Made by a program: the position numbers and the translations under genes
Assembly (NCBI GenBank): GCA_051294375.1
Contig: CM119265.1
Location: 24,484,279 to 24,548,278 of the forward strand
DNA from: Paraspadella gotoi
Lineage: Eukaryota; Animalia; Chaetognatha
Direction of reading: 5' to 3'
DNA length: 64,000 nt
The notes under the pieces: generated by a model
Database searches by the model: none
The model's input: the letters and a program-made list of their open reading frames with translations, nothing else
What the model was told of the DNA's origin: nothing
Shown: one piece after another, positions 1-13,115 of the stretch
Layout: every line of letters starts with the position of its first letter
How positions within the stretch are numbered: the stretch's first letter is position 1

Positions 1-1029
1 TGATAGTTTGATGCCTGAGACGGTAGCGGCGTCGTGCGCTAAGGGTGTTTCAGAAAAACCAAAAAGCGTGGATATTAAGATTCATGTGACACTTTTTATA
101 AAAACAATAAATATATTCATGCAACTTATGTAAGTAAAAAAAAACAGGCTTAAAGCAAATACTATCTACTTTTCAAATGTAAATTCCAAACGGTAAAAAC
201 ATGAGTATACCATGTTTTAGCAACCCCAATTTAACCACATAAATATTAAATATTAAAGTTTAAAAAAAATCATAATAAAAAAAAAATCTCTCATTCCTTA
301 CCATTCCAACCACTATTCTTTGTCGTCTTTGCAGTGGTGAGGGACCCAGCGGACGACGACGACGAAACGAGCGACGACGTCGACGTCTGGTGAATAAAAT
401 GAGGTTTGAAACCGTGAAGTCGACGATAGCAGATTATTTCCTTTTTTTTTCCTCTAAGAAAGAGTAAGAAAAGAAAGAAAAATTATGTGAAAGTTTGTCC
501 CGTTGCTTGTGCAAAGTTCACTTATGACTTTATCTAATTGATTGTTTGGCTTTCTTGAGTCCACGGTACAAAAATTTTTGATCTCGATCTACGTTATAAG
601 AAAATTTTGTAATAGTTTATTCTTCATTAATCGTTTTCCTTTTTTACTTCACCTTCCTAACATAGAATCAAAGGCGACATATTTTTCAACAATGGCCCGG
701 TTTCAACTTAAATTCGAAAAATTAAATGAGTTTTTTAAATTAAGTTATCAAGGGTACTGGTCAGGATAAAGTTATTAATTGAGGATTGGGTTAATATTGA
801 AATTTTTAGTATTTTCGGTAAAAGATTTAAAATATTAAATACTGCATCACACATAAATTTAGGATTCGGAACAAACGTGGCGCTTGTCGAAATAGTGCCC
901 TCATCCGGAATCCATCTCTTTTCCCGAAGTCGCTAATTGAGTGTCGCAGTCGGACCTCCAACGGTGTCGCCTCCCTCTGCCGGACAACTCTTTGAAAATC
1001 GCCACGAACAATTGGCGACTCGGAAAGGA

Positions 1030-2090
1030 GCCTTTTTCTCTTTCGTCGGCTAGTCGATCTTCCTTTGGTCGGCATACCGTCTTTTCTTTCTTCTGCTCCA
1101 GAATCTTCTCCTTTTGTCGGCTAACCGATCTTCCTTTTGGTACGCTTACCGATCTTCCTTTTTTGTCAAGCTACCGATCTTCCTTTTGTCCGGTACCGAT
1201 TCTTCCCCTACTTTCGTCGGCTACCGATCTTTCGTCTCCTTTTTGTCGGCTACGAGATCTTGCCTCTTTCGTCGGGCGACGCGCATCTTCCTTTGGTCGG
1301 CTTAACGATCTTCTTGCCTTTTGTTCGGCTACCGATATTACCTTTTGTCGGCTAACGATCTTGTAAACCTTTTGTCGGCTACCGATCTTCCTTTTTGTCC
1401 AGTAACCGATCTTCCTATTTGGTCGGGCTACCGACTCTTCCTTTTGTCGGCTACCGATGCACCACTTCCATTTGTGTCGGCTACCTGATCTTTCTTTGTC
1501 GGACTACCCGATTTCTTCACCCTTTCGTTCGGGACCGATTTCCTTTGGTGGCTTACCGATCTTTCTTTTGTCGGCTACCGATCTTTTTTTGTGGCTACGC
1601 GAATCTTTCCATTTTGTTCGGCTACCGATCTTACTCTTTTGTTCAGCATACCGTCTTTTAGCTTTTTTTTCGGTGCTGTCATTCCTTTGTTCGGGCTACC
1701 GATCTTCTTTTTGGGTCCGGTACCAATCTTCCTTTGTCAGTACCGATCTCCCTTCGTCGGCGACAACGATCTTCCTTTGGGGTCGGCTAAACCGATCTTC
1801 CTTTTGGTCGGCTACCCGACCTCTCCTTTTGTCGGGCCTAACGATCTTCTTTTGTCGGCTACCGATCTTCTTTTGTGCGGCTTACCGATACTTATTCCTT
1901 TCGTCGGCGACCGATCTTCCCCTTTTGGTCGGCTACAAATCTTCTTTTTGTGCGGCCTACCGCATCTTACTTTTGTCGGCACCGATCTTGCTTTCGTACG
2001 GCGAACCCGATCTTCCTTTGGTCGTTGCTACACCGATCTTTTTTTCGTCGGCTGACCGAACTTCCTTTGGTCGGCGGAACGCGATCCTTT
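1030..2090. repeat. 22-bp minisatellite (CTTCCTTTYGTCGGCTACCGAT)n, roughly 45 units
   Basis: Tandem units without spacers, many indels. Confidence 0.92.
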
Positions 2091-3924
2091 AATTCGAACA
2101 AAAAACCCCTTGGTGGAGATTTTTTCCTCTCTTGAAAAAAAGGGGAAAAACCAATTAGTTTCGTAAAAATCAAATCCGGGCGGAGATTTTAAAGAAGCGG
2201 GATTTATTCTTTTTTTTCCCTTTTTTAATGTTTTTTGGGTCTCTTTTGTCTGGGTGTTTTTTATTTTTTTACTTTGTTTTTTTATTATCCATTTTTTTTT
2301 GTTTTTAAAAAATAATGGATCGGATTTAACAAATATTCACACTTCTTTTTTTGTCTCTGTCATCTTTTAAGCTTAGATTTAGTTTTCATTCCTCTCTTTT
2401 TCCTTCTTGTTTATATCATTTTTATCATCTTTTTTCCTATTTTTTTTTTTTTTATTTTTCTTTCTCCCTTTTTTCCTTCCGCCTCGTACCTCCACTTCTT
2501 TCCATTCTCGATTCCTTCCTGCGTTCCTTTTTTCCACGGTGAGCCCTTTTCTCCAGCTCTTCTCCGTCCTCCATTTTTCCCCTAATTCGGCTCTCTCGTC
2601 TCACCTTTTTTCCTTTTTTTTTTTTTCTCTTGGTCTTCTTTTCTTTTTTTCCCCCGTCCCCTCCAGTCGTTTTCTTTTTCCTTCTTTATCAATTAGTTTT
2701 CCGGTTGTTCTTCAGTCACTGAAGTCAGTTTCCTCAGATCTCTCGCGGTTATCTTTTTTCGCATCAAATGGGAATGAAAAAGTTCCACGGAAGGGAGAGA
2801 AGTAAGGGGGGGGGGGAAGGCGGTGACGGGAGGCAGAAGAGGAAGTGGGAAGGAGCAGCGAGGGAGTGGTTAGAAGGGGGAGGGTGAGAGAGCATAAGAA
2901 CTATCAGTGGGTGAATGGAGTGAAAGAAGAAAGAGAGAGGAGTATTGAACAAGAATGTAGAAAAAGAGGAGAAGATAGGTAGCGGTTGGAAGAAGAGAAA
3001 AGAGAAGTAAAATGGTTTATGGAGAGAGAGGGGAAAAATGGGAAATTAAAAAGCAGAGAGGAGAAGAGAGGGATGAAGAAAGAAGTGAGTAGAAAATTGA
3101 GGAAGAAAAATAGAAAAGGCGACATGGGAAATGGAAAAAAAGAGGGGAAGGTGAAGAAAGAGCAAGGTGAGAAAAAAAAGGTTGAGGTGCAGAGGCAAAA
3201 GGAAGGAGCAGCGATTAGAGCGTGAAAAAGTGAGGTGAGAGGCGAAAAAAAAAAAAAAGGGAAGCAAGGTCAAGGGCGAGGAAAAAGACTGATAGATTTG
3301 AAGGCGATAAAATGGAGAAAGCGAGAAAGGAAGGGAAAAAAGTGATGGCATCAAATAAAAGAAGTCCAAGGGGTGAGGGAAGTCAATCAACGAAATAAAA
3401 GGGAAAGAGAGAACCGCAAGGCATGCGAACGCATTTACCTCTCATTCAATCATCTTCATCTCTCTCTCCTCCTCTCCTCAAATAATTCTTCTCTCTCCAA
3501 TCTATATATAAAATAATAGACATCATCTCTATTAAACAATACCATCAAAAATAACCTCCCCACTCTCTCTCACTCTTATCACCACATCTCTTCCGCTCAA
3601 ATTTCATCTCGCTCTCTCTCTATCTTTCCGCTCTCTCTCTCGTCATGCGAGGAATTCTTTTGCATCGGATTCAGTCATAAAAATAACCTTTATTCAAGCT
3701 GCGTGAGTTGGGTTTCGTTCATAATATAGGTCGTTCGTTTCGTTCTTTTATCGTTCCTTCCTTCCTTCTTTTTTTTTTCATCACTTCCTTCCATCCCATA
3801 CCTTCTTTTTTTCCTTTTTTCTTCTTTTCTTCTTTTCCTTCTTTTCTTCCTTCCTTCCTTCCTTCCTTTCCCTTCCTCTCCTTCCTTCCTTCCTTTCCTN
3901 NNNNNNNNNNNNNNNNNNNNNNNN

Positions 3925-4048
3925 AGACTGACCTATAAATAAGATAGTCAAATATTAAAAAAAATATATAATGCAATCGAAAAGATTTTTAACGATTGCA
4001 TTATATTTTTTTTTTTAATATTTGACTATCTTATTTATAGGTCAGTCT
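3925..4048. repeat. Near-perfect ~124-bp hairpin (arms ~55 bp)
   Basis: agactgacctataaataagatagtcaaatatt...ataatgcaatcg / cgattgcattat...aatatttgactatcttatttataggtcagtct. Confidence 0.9.
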
Positions 4049-4160
4049 CTCCTCGGCGGGTGTTGGCTCCCCGCTGTAATATTACCCACGAAATACGTTC
4101 ATCTTTCCAACGACGAATCAACGAAAATAAAGGGAGGGAGCGTTGAAAATAAAAGTTTTG

Positions 4161-4204
4161 GTTTCCATAGTAACTCGGTCGCAATCTTAAGTTTCCATGG
4201 TAAC
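4161..4204. promoter_or_regulatory. Tandem RFX X-box pair
   Basis: GTTTCCATAGTAAC (4161-4174) and GTTTCCATGGTAAC (4191-4204) both fit GTHNYYATRRNAAC; an ATG at 4259 with a CAG|gtactt donor at 4288 follows. Confidence 0.6.
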
Positions 4205-4820
4205 GCGTCTGGGCCGCGACAAACTCGTTTTCTTAACAGTTTTCTCATTCATTCGACGATGAAGAAAAAAAAGGGAATCTCATTTCAGGTACTTATTGGA
4301 TGGGTGGTGCTCATGATGGCTTCTGATTGGATGGGTGGTGCTCAATGCTCATGATGGCTTCTTCTTTATTATTCATCTTTTTCAATATCTTTCTTTCGTT
4401 CACATTTTGTCTTTCTTTTTTCTTTGTTTCTCTCTATTTCTTTCTTCCTATATTTCTTAATTTTCTTTTATACGCTCCACAGGACATAATTAGTATGTTT
4501 AAATCCCATAAGTTTACTATTTCCCTTGCCCTTTTTTTAATGTTGCTTTTATTTTTTATTTGTTTTAACTTCATTTTCCTATAATCCGTCTCAACAACAT
4601 TCAAAGGATCATTCATCTCATTCATTTGTTCATTTGTTCGTCGGATGATTCCATCTCTTCCCGGTTCGTTGCCTCCATTGCACATCCATCCATTCGTTCC
4701 GGGTTCTCTCCTCCAACTTTGACTTGTCTCTTTATTCTTCCTCTCTCCCCTCTCTCTCTCTCTTCTCTTCTCTCTCTCCTCTCTCCTCTCTCCTCTTTCT
4801 CTCTCTCTCTCTCGCTCTCT

Positions 4821-4870
<50 letters not shown>

Positions 4871-5276
4871 CTCTCTTTCTTCTCTCTCTCTTCTCTCTCT
4901 CTCTCGTTCTCTCTCTTTCTCTCTCGTCATTTTTCCCAGGGTTTTCACCCCACAAAGGAAACGGCCCATAACTTGTGATTTTACGAGTTGATCATCTTCC
5001 TTTATGATGTTTGATGCCTGAGACGGTAGAGGCGTCGTCGCGAGGGTGTTTCGAAAACCCAAAAGGTGGATATTAAGATTCATCGTGACATTTTTATTAA
5101 AAAATAAATAAATTCATCAAATTATGTAAGTAAAAAAAAACAGGCATTAACAATACCTATCTACTTTTCAAATGTAAATTTCCAAACGGTAAAAACATGA
5201 GTATCCATTTTTACAACCACAAATTATAACAACATAAATATTAAAATATTAAGTTTAAAAAATCTCTCATTCTTAC

Positions 5277-5323
5277 CATTCCAACCACTATTCTTTGTCG
5301 TCTTTGCATGATGAGGGACCAGG

Positions 5324-5366
<43 letters not shown>

Positions 5367-5432
5367 TCCTGTGAAAAAATGAGGTCCTGAAACCGGAAGT
5401 CGACGATAGCAGATTTTTCCTTTTTTTTTCCT
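5277..5432 (-). CDS. Candidate internal exon (poly-Ser), with a degraded copy at about 302-455
   Basis: ttctattctag acceptor, G|gtaaga donor, 156 nt, phase 1-1, open frame. Confidence 0.3.
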
Positions 5433-5959
5433 CTAGAATAGAGAAAGAAAAGAAAGAAAAATATGTGAAAAAGTTTGTCGTTGCTGTGAAAAGTTCACTT
5501 ATGATTATCACACTTTCTTTGAGTCACGTCACAATTTTTGATCTCGACTCTACGTTGATAAGAAAATCTTTGTAATAGTTTTTTCATTCATTAATGTTTC
5601 CTTTTTACTCACTTCCTAACATAGAATCAAAGGCCATATTTTTCAACAATGCCCGGTTTCAACTTAAATTCAGAATTAAATGAGTTTTTAAATTAAGTAT
5701 CAAGGGTACTGGTCAGGGATAAAGTTAATTAGGGATTGGGTTAAATATTCGGTAAAAGATTTATATTAAATACTGCATCAAAATTAAATTTAAGGATTAG
5801 GAACAAAAACGTGACGCTTTCGGAAAATAGTGCCCTCATCGGAATCCATCTCTTTTCCCCGACCCTAATTGAGGTCGCATCGACCTCCAACGTCGCCTCC
5901 TCTGCCGGACAAACTCTTTGAAAATCGCCGAACAATTGGCGACTCGGAAAAGGAGCCTT

Positions 5960-6630
5960 TTCTCTTTTGTCGGCTTCGATTCCCTTGTCGCCTCCCATTC
6001 CTTTTGTCGGCTACCGATCTTCCTTTCGTCGGCTATCGATCTTCCTTTGGTCGGCTACCGATCTTCCTTTTCTCTGCTCCCGATCTTCCTTTTGTCGGCT
6101 ACGCGATCTTTCTTTTGTCGCTTACCGATTCTCCTTTTGTCAGCTAACCGATCTTACTTTTCTGTCGGCTAACCGATCTTCCTCTTTTGTCGCTACCGAT
6201 CTTCCTTTTGTCGGCTACCCGATCTTCTCTTCCCCGGCGGCCGACCGATCTGTCTTCCTCTTGGTCGCTACGACTTTTCCTTTGTCGGCTAAAACCGATC
6301 TTGACTCTTTTGGGCTACCGATCTTCCTTTTGTCCGGCTACCGATCTTCCTTTGTCAGCTACCCGGTCTTCCTTTATGGTCGGCTAACGCGATCTTGCCT
6401 TTTGTTCAGGCCTAACCGGATCTTCCTTTTGGTCGGCTACCGGATCTTCCCTTGTGCAAGCTAAACCGATCTTGCCTCTTCGTCGGCGACCGGATCTTCC
6501 TTTAGGTTGGCGTACCATCTTCCTTTTGTCGGCTACCGATCTTCCTTTCGTCGGCGACCGATCTTCCTTTGGTCGGCTACCGATCTTCCTTTCGTCGGCT
6601 ACCGAACTTCCTTTGGTCGGCGACCGATCT
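5960..6630. repeat. Second array of the 22-bp minisatellite, roughly 30 units
   Basis: Same unit and same flanks as 1030-2090. Confidence 0.92.
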
Positions 6631-7913
6631 TTAATTCGAACGAAAAAACCCCGTGGAGATTTTTTCTCTCTAGAAAAAGAAAAACCAATTAGTTCGTAAA
6701 AATCCCAAATCCGGGGAGATTTTAAAGAGGGGATTTATTCTTTTTTTCTTTTTTAATGTTTTTGGGTCTCTTTTGTTGGTGATTTTATTTCTTTTACTTT
6801 GTTTTTATTATCCATTTTTGTTTTTAAAATAATGGATCGGATTTACGTAAATTTACACTTTTTTGTCTCTGTCATCTTTAAGCTTTAGATTTAGTTTTCA
6901 TTCTCTCTTTCCTTCTTGTTTATTCATTTTTTATCATCTTCTTTTCTTTTTTCTTTTTTTTTTCTAATCCCTCTTTTTCTCCCTCCTACCTCCACTTCTT
7001 TCCTTCTCGATTCCTTCTCTTCTTTTTCACCCCTTTCTCCCTCCCCCCCCTCCATTTTCCCCCATCGCTCCTTCGTCTCCCCTTTTCCTTTTTTTCTTTC
7101 TCTTTTCTTTTCCTCTTTTCTTTTTCCTTCTTATCAATTTAGTTTCCTTCTCTCAGTCACGAAGTCAGTTTCCTCGATCTCTCGTTATCTTTTTCGCTCA
7201 ATGGGAATGAAAAGTTCCACGGGAAGGGAGAAGAGTAAGGGGGGGGGAAGGCGGACGGAGCAAAAGAGGAGTGGGAAGGAAGGAGGGAGTGGTAGAAGGG
7301 GGAAGGGATGAGAGAGCATAAGATATCAGGGGTGAATGGAGAAAAGAGAAGAGAGAGGAGTATGAACAAGAGAATGTAGAAAAAAGAGAGAAGATAGGTA
7401 GCGTTGGAAGAAGAAAAAGAAAGAAAATGGTTTATGGAGAGAGAGGGGAAAATGGGAAATTAAAAAAGAGAGAGGAGGAGAGAGGGATGAAGAAAGAAGT
7501 GAGTAGAAAATTGAGGAAGAAAAATAGAAAAGGGATGGGAAATGGAAAAAAAGAGAAGGGAAGAAAGCAAGGTGAGAAAAAGTGAGGTGAGAGGCAAAAG
7601 GAAGGAGAGCGATTAGAGCGTGAAAAAGTGAGGTGAGAGGCGAAAAAAAGGGAAGCAAGCAAGGCGAGGAAAAAGACTGATAGATTTGAAGGCGATGAAA
7701 ATGGAGAACGAGAAAGGAAGGGAAAAAGAAGGTGATGGCATCAATAAATAGAAAGTCCAAGGGGTGAGGGAAGTCATCAAGAAATAAAAGGGAAACAAAG
7801 AGAGAGTATTTTCCTTCCTTCTTTCATCACTTCACTTCTCACCTGTAGGAATGAATCTCCACGTTCCTTATTTTACATTCCTTATATTTATTTCTCTCTC
7901 TCTCTCTCTATCT

Positions 7914-7966
<53 letters not shown>

Positions 7967-8299
7967 GCTCTCTCTTCTTCTCTCCTTCCTTCCTTCCATA
8001 TCCTTCCCTAATCTCCTTCCTATCTCCGTATAAAAAACCCTCGTGCTCACACGAGAAAATAATGATATAAACTGCAACAGAGGAGAAAGAGAAGAAAAGG
8101 AAAAGCCATGACATCACGTGATTCCTGATTAGACAACCAAAAAAAAACAAGTTTTATGCAGAAGATTTAAGAAAAGAAAAGGAGAGAGCGGAGGGGAAAG
8201 ATTTCATCAAAAAAAAAAGACAGCAATAGCCGAAGAGGAGGAGGGAAAAGGAAGGAGAAGAGTGAACGGGAGATGAAGGAAACATTAGCCAAACGAAAA

Positions 8300-8420
8300 G
8301 TGGGGGAGAGAAGAGAGAGAGAGAGAGAGAGAAAGAAGATGAAGAGAGAAAGGACGAGAGAGAGAGAGAGAGGGAGGGACGAGAGAGTGAGGAGAGAGAG
8401 AGAGAGAGAGAGAGCGAGAG

Positions 8421-8456
<36 letters not shown>

Positions 8457-8526
8457 GAGAGAGAGAGCAGAGAAAGAGAGAGAGAGAGAGAGAGAGTAGA
8501 GAGAGAGAACAGAGAGAGAGAGAAGC

Positions 8527-8565
<39 letters not shown>

Positions 8566-8599
8566 GAGAAGAGAGAAGAGAGAAGAGAAATAGAAGAGA

Positions 8600-8636
<37 letters not shown>
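8300..8636. repeat. Long imperfect (AG)n microsatellite, one of many in the window
   Basis: Direct observation; source of the spurious RERE/LSLS ORFs. Confidence 0.95.
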
Positions 8637-8637
<1 letters not shown>

Positions 8638-10519
8638 TGAAGTGGTTCGGCGGGAATGATTTGATGACGTGCCGGAGATAGCAAGACTGCTTCCTTTCGG
8701 CCTCATCCGTCGGCCCAGAGGTGTCAAGGGACGGCAATTTCGTGGTCTTGGAGCCGCCAATGANNNNNNNNNNNNNNNNNNNNNNNNNNNNNNNNNNNNN
8801 NNNNNNNNNNNNNNNNNNNNNNNNNNNNNNNNNNNNNNNNNNNNNNNNNNNNNNNNNNNNNNNNNNNNNNNNNNNNNNNNNNNNNNNNNNNNNNNNNNNN
8901 NNNNNNNNNNNNNNNNNNNNNNNNNNNNNNNNNNNNNNNNNNNNNNNNNNNNNNNNNNNNNNNNNNNNNNNNNNNNNNNNNNNNNNNNNNNNNNNNNNNN
9001 NNNNNNNNNNNNNNNNNNNNNNNNNNNNNNNNNNNNGACCGCCATGAAAAGATGGCACGATGGTAAAGCCTAAGGCGGAATAGAAAGAGTGGCACGGGGA
9101 TAGACGGAGCAGTTGACAAGGAAGGGCCCCGATGGCAACCTAATACGTTCGAGCCCTGAATCCGAGACGGCTCTGATGGCGAGATTGCCGAGAAGTCAAA
9201 GAGACCAACTGCAAATGACGAATCGATGTCAAGCGAAAAGAGGCATATTTCGGAGAGCGTCGCGAAATGAGGCGATGGACGAAAGGCTGGTGATCACGTC
9301 GGTTGTGAGATGAAGAGTCACACGACGTTGCCTGGAAAGTCACTCTATTGGGTTGAATTAAACTCTCTGTAACCAATTTTATACAAGCAGTTTTTGAAAA
9401 TTTTTTAATTAAATATTTGATATTAAATTTCTGAGGTTATATTTAAGCATAGAGACCTAAATTTTTAATGTTTTTAATCACCTGTTATGAAATAAATCTC
9501 AATTATACAAATTTGTGTTTATTCCTTTTCATTAATAAGATTAAATGAACTAAAATTTAGTCGTCAAAAATCGCTTTTGGGACGGAAACAAAGAAGCATC
9601 TAGCAGAAAGCAAAAGAGAAAAGAGGAAAACAAAATTCACTGATTAAAAAAATGCGAGCAAAAAGCAGAAACCGGAAAGTGGCGACAGGGAGAGAGACGA
9701 GAGAGAGAGAGAGAACGCAGACGAGACGAGGAGAGGCGAGAGGAGATGAGAGGCGAGGAGATCCGAGGAGAGAGAGGAGGAAGAGATGCGAGAGCGCCCG
9801 AGAGAGATAGACGGACGAGAGATGGCTGCGACGGAGAGACGAGAGGGTACCAACGAGACGACAGAGAGAGACCGGAGAGAGAGAGAGACGACGCAGGAAA
9901 GAAGAGGAGAGTTATGAGACAAGGAGAGAGACGAGAGAGAGGAGAGAGATTGCCGATGACCGAGCGCTCGAGAGGATTTGTCATAACCTTAAGACTAAAG
10001 CTCAGTTGCCAAGAGGTGTTGCGAGTTTTGCAAATGTCTTTGGTGAGAGAAGAGGGATATTGGGAGGGGGCGATGGGGGAGATGGATCTGAGGGGGAGGA
10101 GAGGGAGGAACGATTGAAGATTTAAGTTGTGGCGTGAAGGGAGTTCGGGGCGGGTGGGTATAGTGGGGCGTGAGATTGAAGAGTTCGAGTTATTTAGTGG
10201 GTAATTGTGGGGCTGAAGGACGGATTGTTTGATGATGGAGGAAATTAATAGGAGTTGTGGTTTGTAATGTTGAAAAGATTGGAGGGTCGAGGGTTTTTTT
10301 CGATTAGGGTTTTCGTTGTGAATCGGTTGATCAATAAGATTGGGTGTAGAAAAAAACAACGATTTCTGGATGCTTACAAACTGGTGACATCAAAAGCGAA
10401 AAGCGGACGGGCCTCGGACCCTCCGTTCCTTGTCATCCCTCGAATATTCCGTTTAAGCCAGAGATTTGCTTTAATTGTTTTCTCACATTTAGCGTGGAAT
10501 CGATCAACGTTTTATACAG

Positions 10520-10563
<44 letters not shown>

Positions 10564-12179
10564 GAGAGAGAGAGACGAGAGGGAGAGAGGGAGGAGGAGG
10601 GGAAGAATACTGGTGTTCATTGTTCATTCTTTCCCTTGTCGACGCTGTAAGAGGAATTTTGAATAATTAATATCTTCTTTTTTTAAATAAAAAAAAGAAA
10701 GCTTTAGTTTTGTATTAGTATAGAATTGAACAAAGGAATTTTACAAAAAAGAAAAGAGAAGAAGAGACAGAGAGGACAGAGAGAGAGAGAGAGAGGAGAG
10801 AGAGAGGAGAGAGGAGAGAGAGGAGAGAGAGGAGGAGAGGTGATGAGGAGAGAAAGCAAAGATGAGGGGGCGGGAGGAGGAGAGGGATGGCAGTAGAGAT
10901 GATGGGAGAGAAGATGGAGGAGAGAGAGAGAGAGAGAGAAACAATAGGAGGAAGGCTGACAAGAAAAAGGCAGAAAAATAGGGAAAAAAAGGGAAAAAAA
11001 TACAAACAGACTAAATATTAATTGAGAAAGATGAACCGATGAGATGAGATTAAGAAGATGAGTGATTTGAATTAGAAGCTGAAATTGGTTCGAGACGAAG
11101 AGATTTAAAAGAAAGATATCCAAGGAGAAGAGATTTTTGAAAACAATACGAGATTTTTAATGGGAGATAAAATAGTTAAGAAATTGATACAACCAATATA
11201 AAAATTGTCCTTTATTTCAATAAATAAAATTCCAGAAAAATAACATAGCAGAACCCTGCACCTTTGTATTTAAAGAATTCATTATAATAACATGGATTTG
11301 CAAACTAGATTAAGTAATTTCGGGTTTAGATTAATTTTGTTTTACTTTTTACTATTAGCAATTAGAGAAAGCGACGATGAATATAAATTTGATTATAAGC
11401 GAAAGAACTAAAGAGGAAAAATGAACTCGTTATTTTCTTTCACTTAGAAAAGATAAACAAATCGACCTTTACGTGAATCGCTAGAAGGTTTTTTTTATCT
11501 TCTTCTTTTTTATGCTTATGAGAAAAGAGAATTAATCAGAAGGCAGAGGAGCGCCGGCGTTTGCCGACTTGCCCGGAGAGTTGGCCAAGAGAGGAAGAGA
11601 GAAGTAAAATCGATGCGAGAAAAGAGAAACAGAGACCGAGATGATAAGAGGAAAGAGAGAAGAGACTGGGAATGAAGAGAAGATAAAAAGAGAGGTGGCA
11701 GAATATGAAGTAAAGAAAGAAAGAGAGGTACCTGAAAATAGATAGAGGATAAAAAGAGAACAGGCGGAATATGAAAGCGAGGAAAAACAGAGGTGGCTGA
11801 GAATGAAGACGAGAAAATAGAGAAGAGGCTGAAAATAAAGAAAGAGAAAAAAAGAAAAGAGGCTGCGAATGAAGACGACATTAAAAGATGAAATGGAAGG
11901 AAATGGAGATGGCTTGAGAAAAATAAGATAGAGAATAAATAAGTGGCTGGAAATAAAGTCAAGAGAAGAGGCTGGATCATTAGATAAGAGCGAAAAAAGA
12001 GAAGGCTGAAAAAGAAATTGCGTGGTTGTCAGCGAAGAATGAACTGATTGTGAAGATTCTTTCAATCGTCAAATTCACATCCACTTTATAAGGGATTCTG
12101 TTTGTAAAATCTCGCAATGTATATATAAATGTCAAGAAGAAATCTGATGCAAAGACTAAAAAAGCGGGAAAATTTTAAA

Positions 12180-12955
12180 AGAGAGAAGAAAGTCTAAATG
12201 ATTTTAATAAAGATGTTGAAGATGGGATGACTATCACCACGATGAGGTGATAATGAAAATGATACAAAAGACGACGATGACGACGATAACGATGACAAAG
12301 ACGATGACGACGACGACAACGATGCCAATCGCCACAACGACGTTTCCTCGAGTCAACTTCCGACTTTCGTCTCTTTATTGGAAGATTCCGACTTTAGCGC
12401 CGCCTAATGTGGCCCCATAGAACCAGCGAAGACTCGATAATCGTCTTTTGTTAGTCATTTGTTTTGCTTGTAATCTCGAACGACGACAGCGAGGCCGGTG
12501 GCGACGACGACGACGACGATGATGATGATGATAATGACAACGAAGAAGTCGACGACTTACATTGATGATGAGGATGATTATAAGAACGAAAACGCCGACA
12601 ACAACAACGACAAATTGAGGGCGACAACGATGACGACGAATACAGCGACGATGACAACGAATATATAAAAAAACGACGACAATGATGATGACAATAACGA
12701 AAACCTCTTTGGACGAAGACAACGATTTTTTTGATGAGGAAAAAAAAGGAAGACGAAAGAAGACGATGTGTCTACAACAACGACAACGGCAACAACGACA
12801 ACAGCGATGGAGACAACCACCGACGTGAGCAGCGACCCAAATAAGATAAAGAGAAAAACAACAACAAAACGACGACGACGACGAAGACGAGGCACTGAAT
12901 TCGTCACTCTATTATGCAAATGAGATTCAAGGGAAACCCGAGGGTTCAATCTGAA
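12180..12955 (+). CDS. Frameshift-riddled Asp/Asn-rich coding-like segment (possible large exon of an acidic protein)
   Basis: Varied GAC/GAT/AAC codon runs separated by unique peptide (DDDDNDDKDDDDDDNDANRHNDVSSSQLPTFVSLLEDSDFSAA; EDEALNSSLYYANEIQGKPEGSI) in noisy sequence. Confidence 0.4.
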
Positions 12956-12983
12956 GGGAGAAAAAGTTGGCGGGAAAAATCTG

Positions 12984-13042
<59 letters not shown>

Positions 13043-13064
13043 AGATAGATAGAGACGCAGAGAG

Positions 13065-13115
<51 letters not shown>

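Larger units (their letters stand above)
5005..7795 (+). repeat. Direct duplicate of 1-3406
   Basis: Colinear similarity throughout; differences are mostly small indels and minisatellite length. Confidence 0.9.

Noticed and set aside
1030-2090. CRISPR-like array (short repeats with an internal TCGG-CTA-CCGA palindrome)
   Set aside because: Units are directly adjacent with no unique spacers, there are no cas genes, and the context is eukaryotic; it is a minisatellite.
941-2135. Overlapping ORFs of 60-211 aa (RLPIF/SATDL repeats), also at 5869-6699
   Set aside because: Translations of the 22-bp minisatellite in shifting frames.
8154-9119. Long LSLSLS/RERERE and X-filled ORFs here and throughout the window
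   Set aside because: Products of (AG)n microsatellites and N-gaps.
8640-10450. GC-balanced coding-like patches (8640-9350, 9950-10041, 10350-10450)
   Set aside because: Some plausible peptide and one donor site, but no consistent exon chain or recognisable motif in noisy sequence.
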